NCBI GenBank assembly: GCA_026770705.1
Contig: JANJGN010000026.1
Location: 33,604,001-33,668,000, forward strand
Source: Isurus oxyrinchus
Taxonomy: Eukaryota
Direction: 5' to 3'
Length of the DNA stretch: 64,000 nt
Of the stretch, positions 1 to 13,185 are shown one piece after another. Below the pieces are notes generated by a model. That model made no database searches and was not told the origin of the DNA. It saw only the letters and a list, made by a program, of their open reading frames with translations. The position numbers and the translations under genes were made by a program. Every line of letters starts with the position of its first letter. The stretch's first letter is position 1.

Positions 1-1580
1 TGGACAAGCCCATAATAAAGGAAAATAAGGAAATGGGCAGAGAAGTTGGCCAAATACTTTGGCCTTAACGAGGTGGTTACTAAAATGGCAGAGGCATTGG
101 TTTTAATTTTCCAAACCTCCCGAGATTCTGGAACAGTCTAATCAGGTTGGAAAATAGAGAATGAGGCTTTCTCTTAAAGAAAGGAGGGAAAGGGAAAGCA
201 AGAAACTACAGGCCAGTTAGCTTAACATCTGTCAGAGCGAAAATGTTTTAATCTTTTCTTAAAGAGTATATCACGGGTCACCAAGAAAATCCAAATGCAA
301 ATATGGAGATCCATCATAGTTTTGTGAAAGGGAAATCAATCACGTTTGGCTGATTTATTTGAGGCCTTTGAAGTAAGAAGGAACATGAATAAAGGAGAAC
401 CTGTGGGTGTGCTATACTTGGACTTCAAGAAGGCATTTGACAAAGTGGCACGTCAAGGTTATTACACAAAATAGTGGTGTCAGCAGTAACATTTCAGCAT
501 GGATAGAAGTTTGGTTAGCTAAAAGGGATAAATTGGTTATTTTAGATTGGCAAGATGTGACAAGTGGAGTGCCACAGGGATCAATGCTGCGGCCTCAACT
601 ATTTACAATTTATAACAATGACTTGAATTAAAGGACTGAATGAATTTGCTAAATTTGCTGATAACACAAAATAGATAGCAAAGTAAATGGTGAAGAGAGG
701 TTAAAGATCAGCAAAGGGATATCGATAGGTTAAGTGAGTGGGCAAAGAAAATGACAGATGGAGTATAATGTGGGAAAATATAAACTTGTCCACTTTGGCA
801 GGAAGAATACAAAAGCAGCGTATTATTGAAAGGGAGAGAGATGGCAGAACCCTGAGGTACAGAGGGATGTGGATCCCTTGGTGCATGAATCACAAAAAGT
901 TATAATGCAGGAACAGCAAGTGATGAGGAAGGCAAAGGGAATGTTGGCATTTATCACAAGGGGAACAGAATATAATGGAAGGATATTTTGCTACAGTTTA
1001 ACGGGGTGGCGATGAGACCTCGTCTGAATTACTGTGTACAGATTTGGTCTCGTTTAAGAAAGGATATAAAAGCATTAGAAGCTGTTCAGAGAATGTTCAT
1101 TCAAATGATACTGGGAGGTGTCGTCGGTTATCTTATGAGGAAAGTTTGGATAGGCTGGGCCTGTATCCATCGGAGTTTAGAAGAATAAGAGCTCATTTTA
1201 TTCAAACATATAATATCCTGAGGGGAATTAACAGGGTGGATGCTGAAAGGATGTTTCCCCTTGTGAGAGAGACTAACGATAGGGAACACGGTTTAAAAAT
1301 AAGAGGTCTCCCATTTCAGACAGAAATGGGGGGATTTTATTTTTTCTTTCAATGACTCGTGAAACTTTGGAACTCTCTTCCCCAGAGAGCGATGGAGGAG
1401 GAGTCATTAATATTTCAAGGCAGAGGTAGAGAGATTCTTCATTGACAAGGGAGTCAAAGGTTAGCGGAGATTAGGCGGGAATGTGGAGTTCACGCCACAA
1501 TCGGATCAGCTATGATCGGTAGTGAATGGTGGAGGAGGCCCCAGAGGCCGAATGGCCTACTCCTGCTACTGATCCGCACG
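1..1580 (+). mobile_element. CR1-type LINE fragment (degenerate RT and 3' end) in the IgM J-CH1 intron
   Basis: Broken RT motifs YLDFKKAFDKV (~413), TSGVPQGSML, FADNTK, LSYEESLDRLGLY; multiple stops/frameshifts. Confidence 0.9.
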
Positions 1581-2145
1581 TTCACATGTACATACGATTG
1601 GAAAATATCGTACTAACAGTCACTGGTATTCAGTTTAGGGTTCTATGGTCATTATATAGGTACCATTACAAAGGTACTTTCGAAGGGTTATTGCTGTTCT
1701 TTGTTTTGGGGGGGATGTGGAGAGGGGAGGGGGCATCAGGAAATTTGAACAGAGCCAATTTTCAAAGCTGCAATGATATAAATGATGAGACAAATTCTCT
1801 ATCACCACGTGCTGTTGATTGAGAAATAAATGGTGCCAAAATAATGGGGAAGATGCTCTGCTCTTCCATTTTAATCCACTGAAAGGTACGTCATTCAGAT
1901 GACATCAAAATGTTCTCTTTTAGTAATGGGATAGAGGCGGAAAAAGAGGTGTGGGTTTCTAAAGAGGGAACCGACAAGTGAGGGTCACCAAATGATGGGA
2001 ATAATAAATGATCAAATGTGGATGTGGGCTTTAGTTGGAATATATTTGGATATGTTTATAGTTCTAGTCTAATGTTGAGTTGTTTGGTTACTTAATGATC
2101 ACAAATCACAGAGCCTAACTTGTTCGATCGGCCATTCTTTCCCAG

Positions 2146-2445
2146 CGACACCGTCTTCGCCCACTCTCTACAGCCTGGTCTCCTCCTGTCAGCAACACAA
2201 CCCCGACGGCTCCGTCACCTACGGCTGTTTGGCGATGGACTACTCCCCAGAAATCACCAGCCTGACCTGGAAGAAAGATGGGCAGTCGATCGCTACTGGA
2301 TTTAAGACTTACCCGTCAGTGAGAAACCAAAAGGGAACTTTCACCCTGAGCAGCCAGTTAACCATCACCGAGTCAGAGGGAGAATGCAGCAAAATCAAGT
2401 GTGAGGTTCGATACAGCGGCTCAGACAAGAGCATTGAAATGCACT
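2146..2445 (+). CDS. IGHM: IgM heavy chain constant exon CH1
   Basis: cccag acceptor 2141-2145, gtaag donor 2446; open frame (A)[45 protein letters not shown]...[16 protein letters not shown] with C1-set Cys/Trp/Cys and light-chain-binding Cys; resembles shark Cmu1. Confidence 0.95.
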
Positions 2446-2659
2446 GTAAGTGTTGGGGAACCTGTGAGAAACAGAAAGGCTGTGATTGACCTGTATAGAG
2501 TCTTGGCTGTAACGCATTTATAATACTCTGCATTGTTCTGATCCCTGGAAATTCCAAGTTCGTGTCCATTGACCGCAAAGAGCCTGTTAAAATATAAGAA
2601 CTTATTGTATCTGTTATCAATTTCTTCTGCAAGAAATGGCTAACCTTTGTTTTTTGAAG

Positions 2660-2974
2660 GTCCTCGTCCTGACTTACCTCCAACTGTTCTCCTCACCGTG
2701 AGTTCCAGGGATGAAATCACAACCAAAAAATTTGCAACCGCCGTCTGTTCAATCATCGATTTCCGTCCGAAGCCAATCACCGTGAAGTGGCTGAAAAATG
2801 GACAACCCATGAATTCAGGAATTGTCACCTCTCCCGCCTTTGAAATGAATGGGAACTTCTCGGCGACCAGTCGGCTGCAAGTCTCCGCTGGGGAATGGTT
2901 CAGCGATGCGGTCTATACCTGTCAGATCACTCACCAAGGGGTCACCCAAAGTCGAAACGCCACCAAGTGTGAGG
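2660..2974 (+). CDS. IGHM: IgM heavy chain constant exon CH2
   Basis: aag acceptor, gtaaga donor 2975, phase 1; [10 protein letters not shown]...[21 protein letters not shown]...[10 protein letters not shown]. Confidence 0.95.
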
Positions 2975-3598
2975 GTAAGAAATACAAACTGTGGAAGCAA
3001 TAGATCATTCTGCACACCGGTGTTAATCAAATCAGGAATTTATTGGAGTTAGTAGAAAGCACGAAACAACATCTAATTTACTATCATATAGTTGGTGTTT
3101 CATTCCGATGTAAGGGCTGCATTCGGATTATTCACCATTCAGGATTTGATCACATCACGTCTCTGCACTGACGTCATAGAGTGTGTGAGGTGGACTTGAT
3201 ATCAGCTTTACCTTGAGTCAGCTGATCATATTTGGAGAGGCAGAAGGTGTCTGGAACCCTTCACTGGTAACAGCTTCGAGACAGAGTGTTGGAAAGTGCA
3301 CCCACCCTTTTTATAAAACATATTTCAGTCCTGCATTCCAGGGCCCAGGAATGATACATTTGTATTGGGAATGGGGCAACGCAGATTTATGAGAATGTTA
3401 CCGGGGCTGAACGACTTAAATTATGAGAACAATTTACACAGACCAAGCTGGTTTTCCATTGTGTAAAGAAGATTAAAAACGATAGTTAGAGGTTGATATG
3501 TCCAAGGTGATTTATTCTCCTTCAGGGAGTGAAGACTGAATACTGCTGTCCTGCTTCTGAAAGTGAAACTTTGGTTGATTTTCATTTCTGTCTCACAG

Positions 3599-3910
3599 GT
3601 GATCACCAATGCCTCAACGATCCCACAATTACTCTATTGCCACCTCCAATAGAACAAGTCTTACTGGAGGCGACCGTGACCTTAACCTGCATCGTTTCTA
3701 ATGCTCCTTATGGAGTCCTCGTGTCCTGGACACAAGAGAAGAAGCCTTTGAAATCAGAGATTGCCGTCCAACCGGGAGAGGATCCCGACAGCGTGGTCAG
3801 CAACGTAAACATCTCGACACAAGCCTGGCTGAGTGGGGCTGAGTTCTACTGCGTGGTGAGCCATCAGGATCTGCCGACTCCTTTAAGAAGTTCCATCCAC
3901 AAGGAACCAG
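3599..3910 (+). CDS. IGHM: IgM heavy chain constant exon CH3
   Basis: cacag acceptor, gtgag donor 3911; [34 protein letters not shown]...[13 protein letters not shown]. Confidence 0.95.
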
Positions 3911-4624
3911 GTGAGCGGTGAGATTGAAGCAATAAGTTGTTCAATGTGTCTATTTCCAGTGTAAATGTAAGGATCAATATTTACTATTCAGTGTATTCAT
4001 GGTCTACTCTGATTAGCAATTTCGCCAACGAAACGCCCTGGGCCTGTGGACTTTCAGGAGGAAATTGATAAGTAGATGAATGAACAATGAATTGAAGGCT
4101 GTGCCATTGGGTTTAGATGAAGCAAGATGGGAGGAGCCTGGTGCGAAGCTGAAACACCAACATGGACCAGTTGGGCAGAATGGCCTGTTTCTATGCTGTA
4201 AACTTTGAGAAACTTTCTCGTCCAACCCTATAAGTTCTCAAGGAAAAGGATTGTGCCACCTCTGCTCCGAGCTGGAAAGCCGGACAGATCCCAAACTATT
4301 TTATTTATTAATTCATGGGATGTGGGCGTCGCTGGCTGGGCCAGAGTTATTGCCCATCCCTAATTGCCCTTGACAAGGTGTTGGTGAGCTGCCTTCTTGA
4401 ACTGCTGCAGTCCATGTGGTGTAGATACACCCACAGTGCTGTTAGGAAGGGAGTTCCAGAATTTTGATTCAGCTATAGTGAAGGATCGGTGATATATTTC
4501 CAAGAAGTGGATAATGAAAAACCTTAATATTCATCACAAAACACGTTACTCTCACATCTAACCAGTGGTTTCATTGTCTATGAATGTATCCAGTTTATTA
4601 ACATTTATTGTACATTTTCTGCAG

Positions 4625-5016
4625 TTAAAGACCCGCGGGAACCGTCCGTGTCTGTCCTCCTGCCCTCGGCAGAACATGTCTCCGCTCAGGGATTCGTCTC
4701 CCTCAGCTGCTTAGTGACAGGTTTCTCCCCGCGAGAGATTTTCGTCAAGTGGACTGTCAATGACAAGCCGGTGAATCCCGGGAACTACAAGAACACCGAG
4801 GTAGTGGCGGAGAACGGCAATCGCTCCTTCTTCATGTACAGCCTGTTATCCATTGCAGCGGAGGAGTGGGCCAGCGGAGCTTCTTACTCCTGTGTGGTGG
4901 GACATGAAGCGATCCCCTTGAAGATCATCAACAGAACGGTTGATAAATCCAGCGGTAAACCGAGTTTTGTGAACATTTCCCTTGCACTGATGGACACCGT
5001 TAATTCATGTCAATGA
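4625..5016 (+). CDS. IGHM: IgM heavy chain constant exon CH4 plus secretory tailpiece (internal donor for the membrane form after 4954)
   Basis: [38 protein letters not shown]...[23 protein letters not shown]|[20 protein letters not shown]; NIS sequon and penultimate Cys; AGC G|gtaaac donor. Confidence 0.96.
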
Positions 5017-5043
5017 GAATCTCTCGGTTACATTTCAAACTTC

Positions 5044-5060
5044 AATAAAAAAATAATAAA
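5044..5060 (+). promoter_or_regulatory. Polyadenylation signals for secreted IgM mRNA
   Basis: AATAAA at 5044-5049 and 5055-5060, just after the tailpiece stop. Confidence 0.8.
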
Positions 5061-5439
5061 GTCCTTTTCTCCAATCGTGATTTAAATACACAGTCGTTTA
5101 AGTAATGTTGTTTTCCAATTTTGCTAATTTTAGACGTGTTTTGTTAAAATCGGATACTCACAGGGCTCAGACCCAAGTCTTGTACATCCAGTGCTCCCAG
5201 CTCAGATACACCCTGGGTTCGAGACAGAGTAAAGCTCATTCATTACAGGATTATGCAAAATAGCTTCACCAGCTCTCCTCCAGCTGAGGAGAAATCTGAC
5301 AATTTCTCATTTCCAATAAACAAACACAGCACATTTAGTTCTCGGTGTTCCTGCTTCTCTTGTCTTCCATCCCTTTAAAATGGATGTCAGCTTTAAGCTT
5401 CTGCACCACACCCACGGGGAACTGAAGTGAGGGTCACGC

Positions 5440-5960
5440 AGAAATATGTCCCAACAATCCCCCATCAGAGAGACGGGGAAGGGAAATTGTTACCCCATTG
5501 CACCTCCACCTCCCCAACAGAGAGAGGGGGAGCGGAAATTGCTAACCCACTGTACCCCGACTTCTCCAACAGAGAAAGGGGAGGGGAAATTGTTAACCCA
5601 ATGTACCCCCACTTCCCCAGAGAGAGTGGAAGGGGACATTGTTAAACCACTGCACCTTCACTTCCACAACAGCAGGTGGTGGTGGGGGGGAATTGTTTAA
5701 CCACTGTACCCCCACTTTCCCAACAGAGAGAGGGGAAGGCAAACTGGAAAACCACTGTACCTCCACTTACCTGAGATAGAAAACTGAAAGGAAAATTTTA
5801 AGCCAATTTTATCTCCACTTGCTAAACAAAAAGACAAGGAAGGCCATTGGTTAACCCGGTGTGTCTCCACCTTCTCAACAGAGAGAACCGAAAGGGAAAT
5901 TGCTTAGACAACCAGACAGAGCAAAACTATTAACTCACTGGACCCTCAGTCCCCTAGTAG
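5440..5960. repeat. Degenerate ~55-60 bp tandem repeat in the CH4-TM1 intron
   Basis: Recurring GGGAAATTGTTAACCCACTGTACCCCCACTTCCCCAACAGAGAG-like units. Confidence 0.75.
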
Positions 5961-6379
5961 AGAATCTGGAAGGGAATGGGTCTCTACTATAAGGACTCAG
6001 TTAACAACAGTCGAAGTCAGCTTCTAGCTTACTGGCCACAGATTTTAAACTCCCATCATGCTTGGGATGTTGTAAAAACGTCTACTTATGCAACATAACT
6101 TGAAGATGTTTTAACACTCTTGCCCTGTTAAGCTTATGCTAAGATTGATTTCCCATCATCCAAATCTAAACTGGTGACTGAATCCTCCCTGGGTTGTTCA
6201 AGGTTCTGTCCCTGAATTTTTATGAGGCACATGGTTGATTCTTTGCATTCGTTCATCTGATATCACCTTGCATCTCACAGAAAACATGTTTATACACAGA
6301 ACTTTGAAAATATTCACCGGATTTTTCACCGTCAAGGTCAGACTCGATCATTGGTATCTGGTGAACTTTGGAAAAATAG

Positions 6380-7500
6380 TAAAAATACACACAGCTGACA
6401 CAAATTGACAAACAAAAAACACGTCTACACACACACATAGGCACAGACACACAGACACAAATGCACACAGGTACAAGCAGACACATGTACACCAACACAT
6501 GCGGAACCACACAAAGACAGGCAGACACACATAGACAAATATACACACACGTGCACACACACGCAGACACACACGCACACAATCACAAACACATGGACAC
6601 AGACGCACAAACATACACAGACACACACGTACACACATAAACAAATACACACGCACAATCACACACATTCATAAACACACACACAATCACACACATTCGG
6701 AAATACACACACTGACACACTCGCTCACACACATATACACAATCACAAACACACACAAACAGATAAAACCAGACAAGCAGACTCATACAAGGATACAAAG
6801 CACAAATGTAACTTTTAGCATATGCATTATCACACGTTCACAATGAAAGAAATACAGACAGAAAGACACACACGATCGTACTCATTAAAACAATGCATGG
6901 ACATACAGTAACACATGCACACACATGAGCAGACAACACCCAGATACAAAAACACAGAGGAACCGACTAACACATTCACAGACACCCATGTGGACACAAA
7001 CATGAACATACTCATACACACTAGAACACAAAAAACACACGTTGGTACATATGAAAACATAAACACGCATTGATACATAGTTCTAAATATCGATCAACAC
7101 ACAAATGCACACATTAAAAACCCTATTTCTCTCTCGCTGTGTCATACACACAGACGCTGTGACACAGACATTAATATGCTGACACACAGTGGAACACAAA
7201 AAGACACATTAACACTCATATTAGCAGGCAGGAACTCGTAAACACAAATTAACTCAGATAGTAATAAGTCAACATAGACAACAATACACAAACACGCACA
7301 ATAACACACTCATACATACACATCAGCAGAAAAACCAAATATACATACAGACGCAGACACAAAAATACACAAATCAGCACTCATTAGCACATGAACACAC
7401 ATATTAACACACATGCACACCTATGGACACACAAGCAACCAGTAATGCAAAGTGCGAGATACTCGTGCAGACACTCACAAAAGCTAAAACACAACACAGA
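6380..7500. repeat. CA-rich low-complexity tract
   Basis: Imperfect (CA)n runs; produces spurious Cys/Val ORFs on the minus strand. Confidence 0.9.
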
Positions 7501-8033
7501 GGCCAGGCTATTGAAAGTATAATTCAAATGTACTTTTCTAACGGGCATATCCTCCGGCAATTGTCTCTATTACATAATAACCCAATAAACACTCTGAAAC
7601 AATGCTCCTACTGAGAAACTGATTTAAATTAATGATGCACCAAACATTCCCATCACAAATAGACAAACAAGATGGGAACTCACATCCGAGATTATAAAAA
7701 GCAACGTCCACAGTTTCCAAATAAGTAGCTCAGTGAATCTCTCCCGATACCCATCATAATATTCTCCAATAATAGATCATATGAAATTGTTCGAAAATAA
7801 CCTGATACTGGAGAAAATTTGCCATATTTTCTGACATGGACTGTATAAAGATTGTAAAGGGAGAACAGCTGTGGAGATAGTTACAGAGATGGGTTACTGA
7901 GTGTCACTTAATAGTAGATATACATTGAACATTGAATACATTAATAACTTATGACAGAGTAAAGGAAATATTTTTAAAATGATAGCCTAGATTAATAAAC
8001 AAGCTAATTATATTTCCTCATATATTCCCGTAG

Positions 8034-8161
8034 ATTCCACAGACCGCATCTGGATTGAAGACTCTGAGGATGATAACAGCAACATCTGGACAACTGCTTC
8101 CACATTCATCATCCTGTTCTTCCTGAGCATTTTCTACAGCACTGCCGTCACTCTGGCGAAG
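8034..8161 (+). CDS. IGHM: IgM membrane exon TM1
   Basis: tag acceptor, gtgag donor 8162; (D)[42 protein letters not shown] with acidic spacer and conserved mIg transmembrane motif. Confidence 0.95.
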
Positions 8162-8299
8162 GTGAGAAGATTCAATCCACTCACACTTCAAACTGACAGA
8201 AGCGGTTTGAAACATCTCTCAATGTTTCATTGATTAGAACTCTAACATAAGTGTCCCAGATTATAAACATCTGCTTCATTATTTCATCCTCTTTTACAG

Positions 8300-8308
8300 A
8301 TCAAGTGA
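8300..8308 (+). CDS. IGHM: IgM membrane exon TM2 coding part (IK*), giving cytoplasmic tail KIK
   Basis: cttttacag|ATC AAG TGA; AATAAA downstream at 8724 and 8760. Confidence 0.88.
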   Translation: MK

Positions 8309-9952
8309 CCGGTTGAATTTTGGACACCATAGATTTTCCTCAGCTCTTTATTGAGATCTCTGTATTCCGAATTTAAAATATATCCTCTCGGTGACTGTAA
8401 AAATGAAATACCTTCAGTTTCTGTTTCCCAATTTGTAACTGAGACAATCATGAACAGTATTTCCGTTTCTCTGTTTCAAACGTGCGAGATAATCGTGATT
8501 CATTGCAACAGCAGCTTATAATTTCCCACTAGTTTGAATTCCCTGTGTAAATAAGTAACTTTTCTCATTCCTCATTCACAATTAATCCCTTCCCTTTATA
8601 TTGAGCTCCTGTTTTCTCTTTCTGGTGTCTGTTACAGTTGTACACGCAGTTGGCAGCTCAGAGTGAATGTGCTCTGTTCTCAATGTGACCCTCAGTCATT
8701 ATATTCACTTCAGTTAACTTTAAAATAAACTTTTCTGTAAAATGTTCCCTGAAATTGTTAATAAATCATGAATGTGAAACGAACTGACTTTGCTGAACTC
8801 CTTTCTCTCAGACCCATCGACACCGCTCCATTTTCCCTATTACACAGCTTTCCCCCCTTTCCCAGGCAGGCATTTTTAACCAGTCTTGTCTGGGATCTGA
8901 AACAAAAACAGAAAATGTTGGAAAAACTCAGCAGGTCTCAGCATCTGTGGAGACAGAAAACGGAGTTAACGTTTCGAGTCCTCATGACTTCTTCAGAGCC
9001 CGAGATCCTTCAGTGAAAGAGTCACCGCGCCACCCAGCGGCCCATCGGTGTTAATACACCTTTACCTCTGCCTTTTTATGGCAAATTCCAGAGGCAAAAT
9101 GATTGCACAGCGAGGAGAATCTCGGTGATTTCACTCATACTCAGGCCTCTCACAGTCACATGTCAGGTAATTGTAAACAGCAGGGATCAGCTTAATCCGA
9201 GGTCCATATAGGACAGTATATGGAGGATGAAAGTTTCCTTTACACTGTCTCATTAAACACTCCCAGCGTCGGTGCAGCAGGGTTTAGATAGAGAGAAAAA
9301 GTTTTGTTTTTCCCCTCTTTATCCTTTCATGAGATATGGGTGTCGCTGGCAAGGCTGCTCTGAACAGTCCGTCTTCCGAGGCCATTTCAGAGGGCAGTTA
9401 ACTGTCAACCGCATTGCTGTGGACCTGGAATCAGATGTCGGCCAGGCCAGATGAAGATGACAGATTTCCTCCCCGAAAGGACTTGAGTGCAGCAGATGGG
9501 TTTTTACGACATTCGGTGATAGTTGTCATGGTCACCATCACTGAGGCCAGTTTTCAATTCCAGATTTTATTAATTGAACTCACATTCCAGCAGCTGCCAT
9601 GTTGGGATTTGAAGCCCAGCCCCCAGAGCATTCACCTGGACTCTCTGTACCTTGTCCGATTAAACACTCACAAGGCAGAGTCGTCACAGGCCGCCTTCTC
9701 AAGTCTATTAGGGATGGGCAAAAAATGCTGGCCCAGACAGCCGTGCCCACACCGCATAAACGAATAACAAAAAATACGTATATACCACACACAGTACAGT
9801 TGCTACAAACATTTGGATGATTCCTAGAGACTAGGGCCGATCGAAGAGCAATTCTGCAAATTATTACCACAGTTTGGGGCTTATCAGGGACACCAGGGAG
9901 CACAAATCGTGGAAATTCCCAGGCCCTGCGGCCTGCCTGATGCAACAAACAA

Positions 9953-10386
9953 CTGAACTCACTAAGCATCTCCCCAGGGATCCTCTCTTCCTGTTCCATT
10001 CCATCTGATACCATCCTCCTGAATTCACTGAGCATCACCCCAGGGGTCCTCTCTCCCTGCTCCATTCCCTCTGACACCATCCTCCTGAACATCACCCCAG
10101 GGGTCCTCTAATCCTGCTCCATTCCCTCTGACACCATCCTCCTGAACATCACCCCAGAGATCCTCTCTTCCTCCTCCATTACCATCCTCCTGAACTCACA
10201 GAGCATCACCCCAGAGATTCTCTCTCCCGGTTCCATTTCCTCTGATACCATCCTCCTGAATTCATTGAACATCACTCCAGGGATCCTCCCTTCCTGCTCT
10301 ATTCCCTCCATTACCATCCTCCTGACCTCTCTGAACATCACCCCAGGGATCCTCCCTTCCTGCTCCATTCCCTCTGATACCAGCTC
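9953..10386. repeat. Minisatellite, ~7 copies of a 66-bp unit (48- and 57-bp variants)
   Basis: Unit CTGAACTCACTGAGCATCACCCCAGGGATCCTCTCTTCCTGCTCCATTCCCTCTGATACCATCCTC. Confidence 0.9.
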
Positions 10387-10506
10387 AAATGGGAAGCTTC
10401 AACTCTCACTCCACTGATTCTGGCAGAGGCTGTTAAGCATTTTCAGTTTTAAACTAATAATAAGAACTCTCTGTTTAAGCAGTGTGACATGAGCAAAGAA
10501 CCCTCA

Positions 10507-10578
10507 TTCCCAAACCAGAAATTTAATCCGGGCTGCGGCATTGAAAGGGCCAAATTCTAACCACATGGCCACCAGGGA
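10507..10578 (-). pseudogene. tRNA-Glu pseudogene
   Basis: Reverse complement TCCCTGGTGGCCATGTGGTTAGAATTTGGCCCTTTCAATGCCGCAGCCCGGATTAAATTTCTGGTTTGGGAA resembles vertebrate tRNA-Glu; B box damaged. Confidence 0.7.
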
Positions 10579-11469
10579 CGTTATCCTTGTGTTTTGATAA
10601 ATGATACTTTTGCCATTTTTTTCATTTCAAGCTGCTTTATCCAGAGACAAAATGACCTATTCAGCCAACTAAACAACCATTGCCATTGGCTGGAACATGA
10701 AATTGACAGTGTGGTGAAATAGTACCAAAAGCTCTGAATTGCAAATTCAATTTCCAAAACCCACCAATCTAATCACTGCAGCTCCTGTGCAACTTGCAAG
10801 GCAACACACGACAGACATTCATCATCAAAAGTAATTGACCGACATAAAATTCTTCCACTCTCATGTTACATCTTCTAACTCCTAACCTCCACCTCAGTCA
10901 TTTCCAGTTCTATTTAATACCCATTTGGAACTTTAACTCTGCTCCTCATTCCACGGATTTTGGCCGACTTGCTATGCATTTTATATTATAATAAAGCCAG
11001 GAATTTGTGCTCTAATAAAAACAGGGGTGCTGAAGTTCCCAGCAGGTCTGGCAGCATCTGTGGAGACAGAAACAGGTTGAATGTTTTCAGGCCATATGGC
11101 ACTTCTTCAGACCTGAAAGGAGATAGAAATGTGATGGGATTTATGCTGCTGACGGGGCGGAGGGTTGGGGGGCGGTTAAGAAAATGGAGCAAAAACGTTC
11201 AGGGATAGGTTGGAGGTCAGGAGAGATTAAATGACAAAGATATCATGGAACACAAGTCAAAGGCAAAGGAAATTATATTATTAATTATGAAAGTAGGTAT
11301 TAATATCTAGACAAAGGTCAGCACTGACTGGAAGCAAAATAGCAGAATGTGTTAATTGCGGAAAAAGGGTCGGCGCTGTCTGAAAGCAAACATGAGAACA
11401 AGATGCAGGCTGGCACTTGGGGGGTGGGAGGCTGCAGGGAAATTAAAATGGAGGATGGAGTTGATGGTG

Positions 11470-11890
11470 TGAATCTGTTGACCTCAATGTTGAGTCCAGA
11501 AGGCTGTAGAGTGCCTATTGAGAAGATGAGGTGCTGTTCCTTCAGTTCGCATTGAGCTTCACTGGAACATTGTAGAAGGCCGAGGACAGAAATGTGAGTG
11601 TGAGTGAGATGGTGACAGGCAGGTCTGGGTTATGCTTGTGGACTGAGTGAAAGTGTTCCACAAAGCGGACAGTCAGTCTGTGTTTACTCTCCCCATTGTA
11701 GAGGAGACCACATTGAGGGCAATGAATGCAACAGCCTGAATTGCATGAAGTGCAAATAAATCTCTGCTTCATCTGGAAGGAGCGTTTGAAACCTTGGAGG
11801 GAGGTGGGAGGAGGTAAAGGGGCAGGTGTTACACCTCCTGCAATTGCATGGGAAGGTGCCATGGGAAGGGGATGAGATGTTGGGGGTGAT
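11470..11890 (-). mobile_element. Penelope-like element fragment (GIY-YIG region)
   Basis: FQMKQRFICTS...CIHCPQCGLLYNGESKHRL..RFVEH on the minus strand. Confidence 0.8.
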
Positions 11891-11943
11891 AGTGTTTTTT
11901 GAATCAGAAATTGGTTTCTGGTTGTGATATTTTGCACTACAGC

Positions 11944-12005
11944 GAGACCGGGAATCAAACCTGGGCGATGAGAACACCAGATCATAACCACTAGGTCACC
12001 AGGGT
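11944..12005 (-). pseudogene. tRNA-Glu(CTC) pseudogene with internal deletion
   Basis: Reverse complement CCCTGGTGACCTAGTGGTTATGATCTGGTGTTCTCATCGCCCAGGTTTGATTCCCGGTC. Confidence 0.65.
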
Positions 12006-12569
12006 GCTTGTGAATCATCCTGTTTAGAGAATTCAGCTGTCAACCAGAGCATTGGTGGTTTGACACCATCTAGGGCCAGTAGAATCTCTCTATTCCTGCT
12101 TCTAATTATATTACAGACACAGTTCTGCTTTGAGTCCTTTGGTTACAAGAAAATGTTGCCCTAACTTTGCCAGCCCTGCTGTTATCCAGTAGGTTCCCAG
12201 GCAAATAGTTATATGAATTTTTATTTCAAAGAAATGAGATAAATTAGAGCAAACATGTGCATAACATCCAACTCGTTGGGTTCAAAGCATCAAATAGAAA
12301 TTGATATAGAAACAAAAATAGCTGGAAAAGCTCAGCAGGTCTGACAGCATCTGCAGAGAGGAACACAATTGATGTTTCGAGTCTGTATGACTCTTTGAAT
12401 AGACTCTCAAACAGAAATTGATTCTGTGATTGCACATATAGAACTGGAACACACCATTGCACCGAGTGAATCCGTTGTCTGTTTACATGTTGCTCAGTGA
12501 AAGTTTCAATCATCCTTGACTTTGTGGCATTCGGGTACTGAATCGGTAAGCAGTCTATACTCAAAGGGC

Positions 12570-13150
12570 ATGTGAACATACGAATTAGGAGCAGGACTGG
12601 GCCACCCGGCCCTTCAAGCCTGTTCCACCATTTTATAAGATCATGGTTAACCTTTCAGCCCCTTGTTATATCTACCTATCTCTGCCTTAAAAAGATTCAA
12701 AGACTCTGCTTCCACTGCCTTTTGAAGGAGAGAGTTACAAATACTCACGATGCTCTGAGAGAAAAATAATTCTCTCATCTCTGTCTTAAATGAGTGAACT
12801 CCTATTTTTAAACAGTGACACCTAGTTCCAGATTCTCCCACCAGAGGAAAGATCCTCTTCACACCCACCCTGTCAAAACTCCTCAGGATCTGAAAGATTC
12901 CGATCAAGTCGCCTCTTAGTTTTCTAAATTCCAGCAGATACAGGCCTAGCCTGTCCATCCTTTCCTCATAAGACAGCCCGCCTATCTGTGATATTAGTCC
13001 AGTAAGCCTTCCCTGAACGACTTCTAACGCATTTACATCTTTCCTTAAATAAGGAGGCCAACACTTTCCACAGCACTCCAGATATGGTCACACAGGTGTC
13101 CTGTACAACTGAACCATAACCTTCTTACTTCAATTCCCCTCACAGTGAAT
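12570..13150 (-). mobile_element. CR1-type LINE 3' fragment
   Basis: MDRLGLYLLEFRKLRGDLI...FPLVGESGTR. Confidence 0.85.
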
Positions 13151-13185
13151 GATAACGTTCAATCCTAATTACTGAATCCTAATTA

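Noticed and set aside
6253-7078. Cys/Val-rich minus-strand ORFs
   Set aside because: Translation artefacts of the (TG)n low-complexity tract
9953-10386. CRISPR-like appearance of regular repeats (also 45017-45240)
   Set aside because: Head-to-tail units with no unique spacers, no cas genes, vertebrate context
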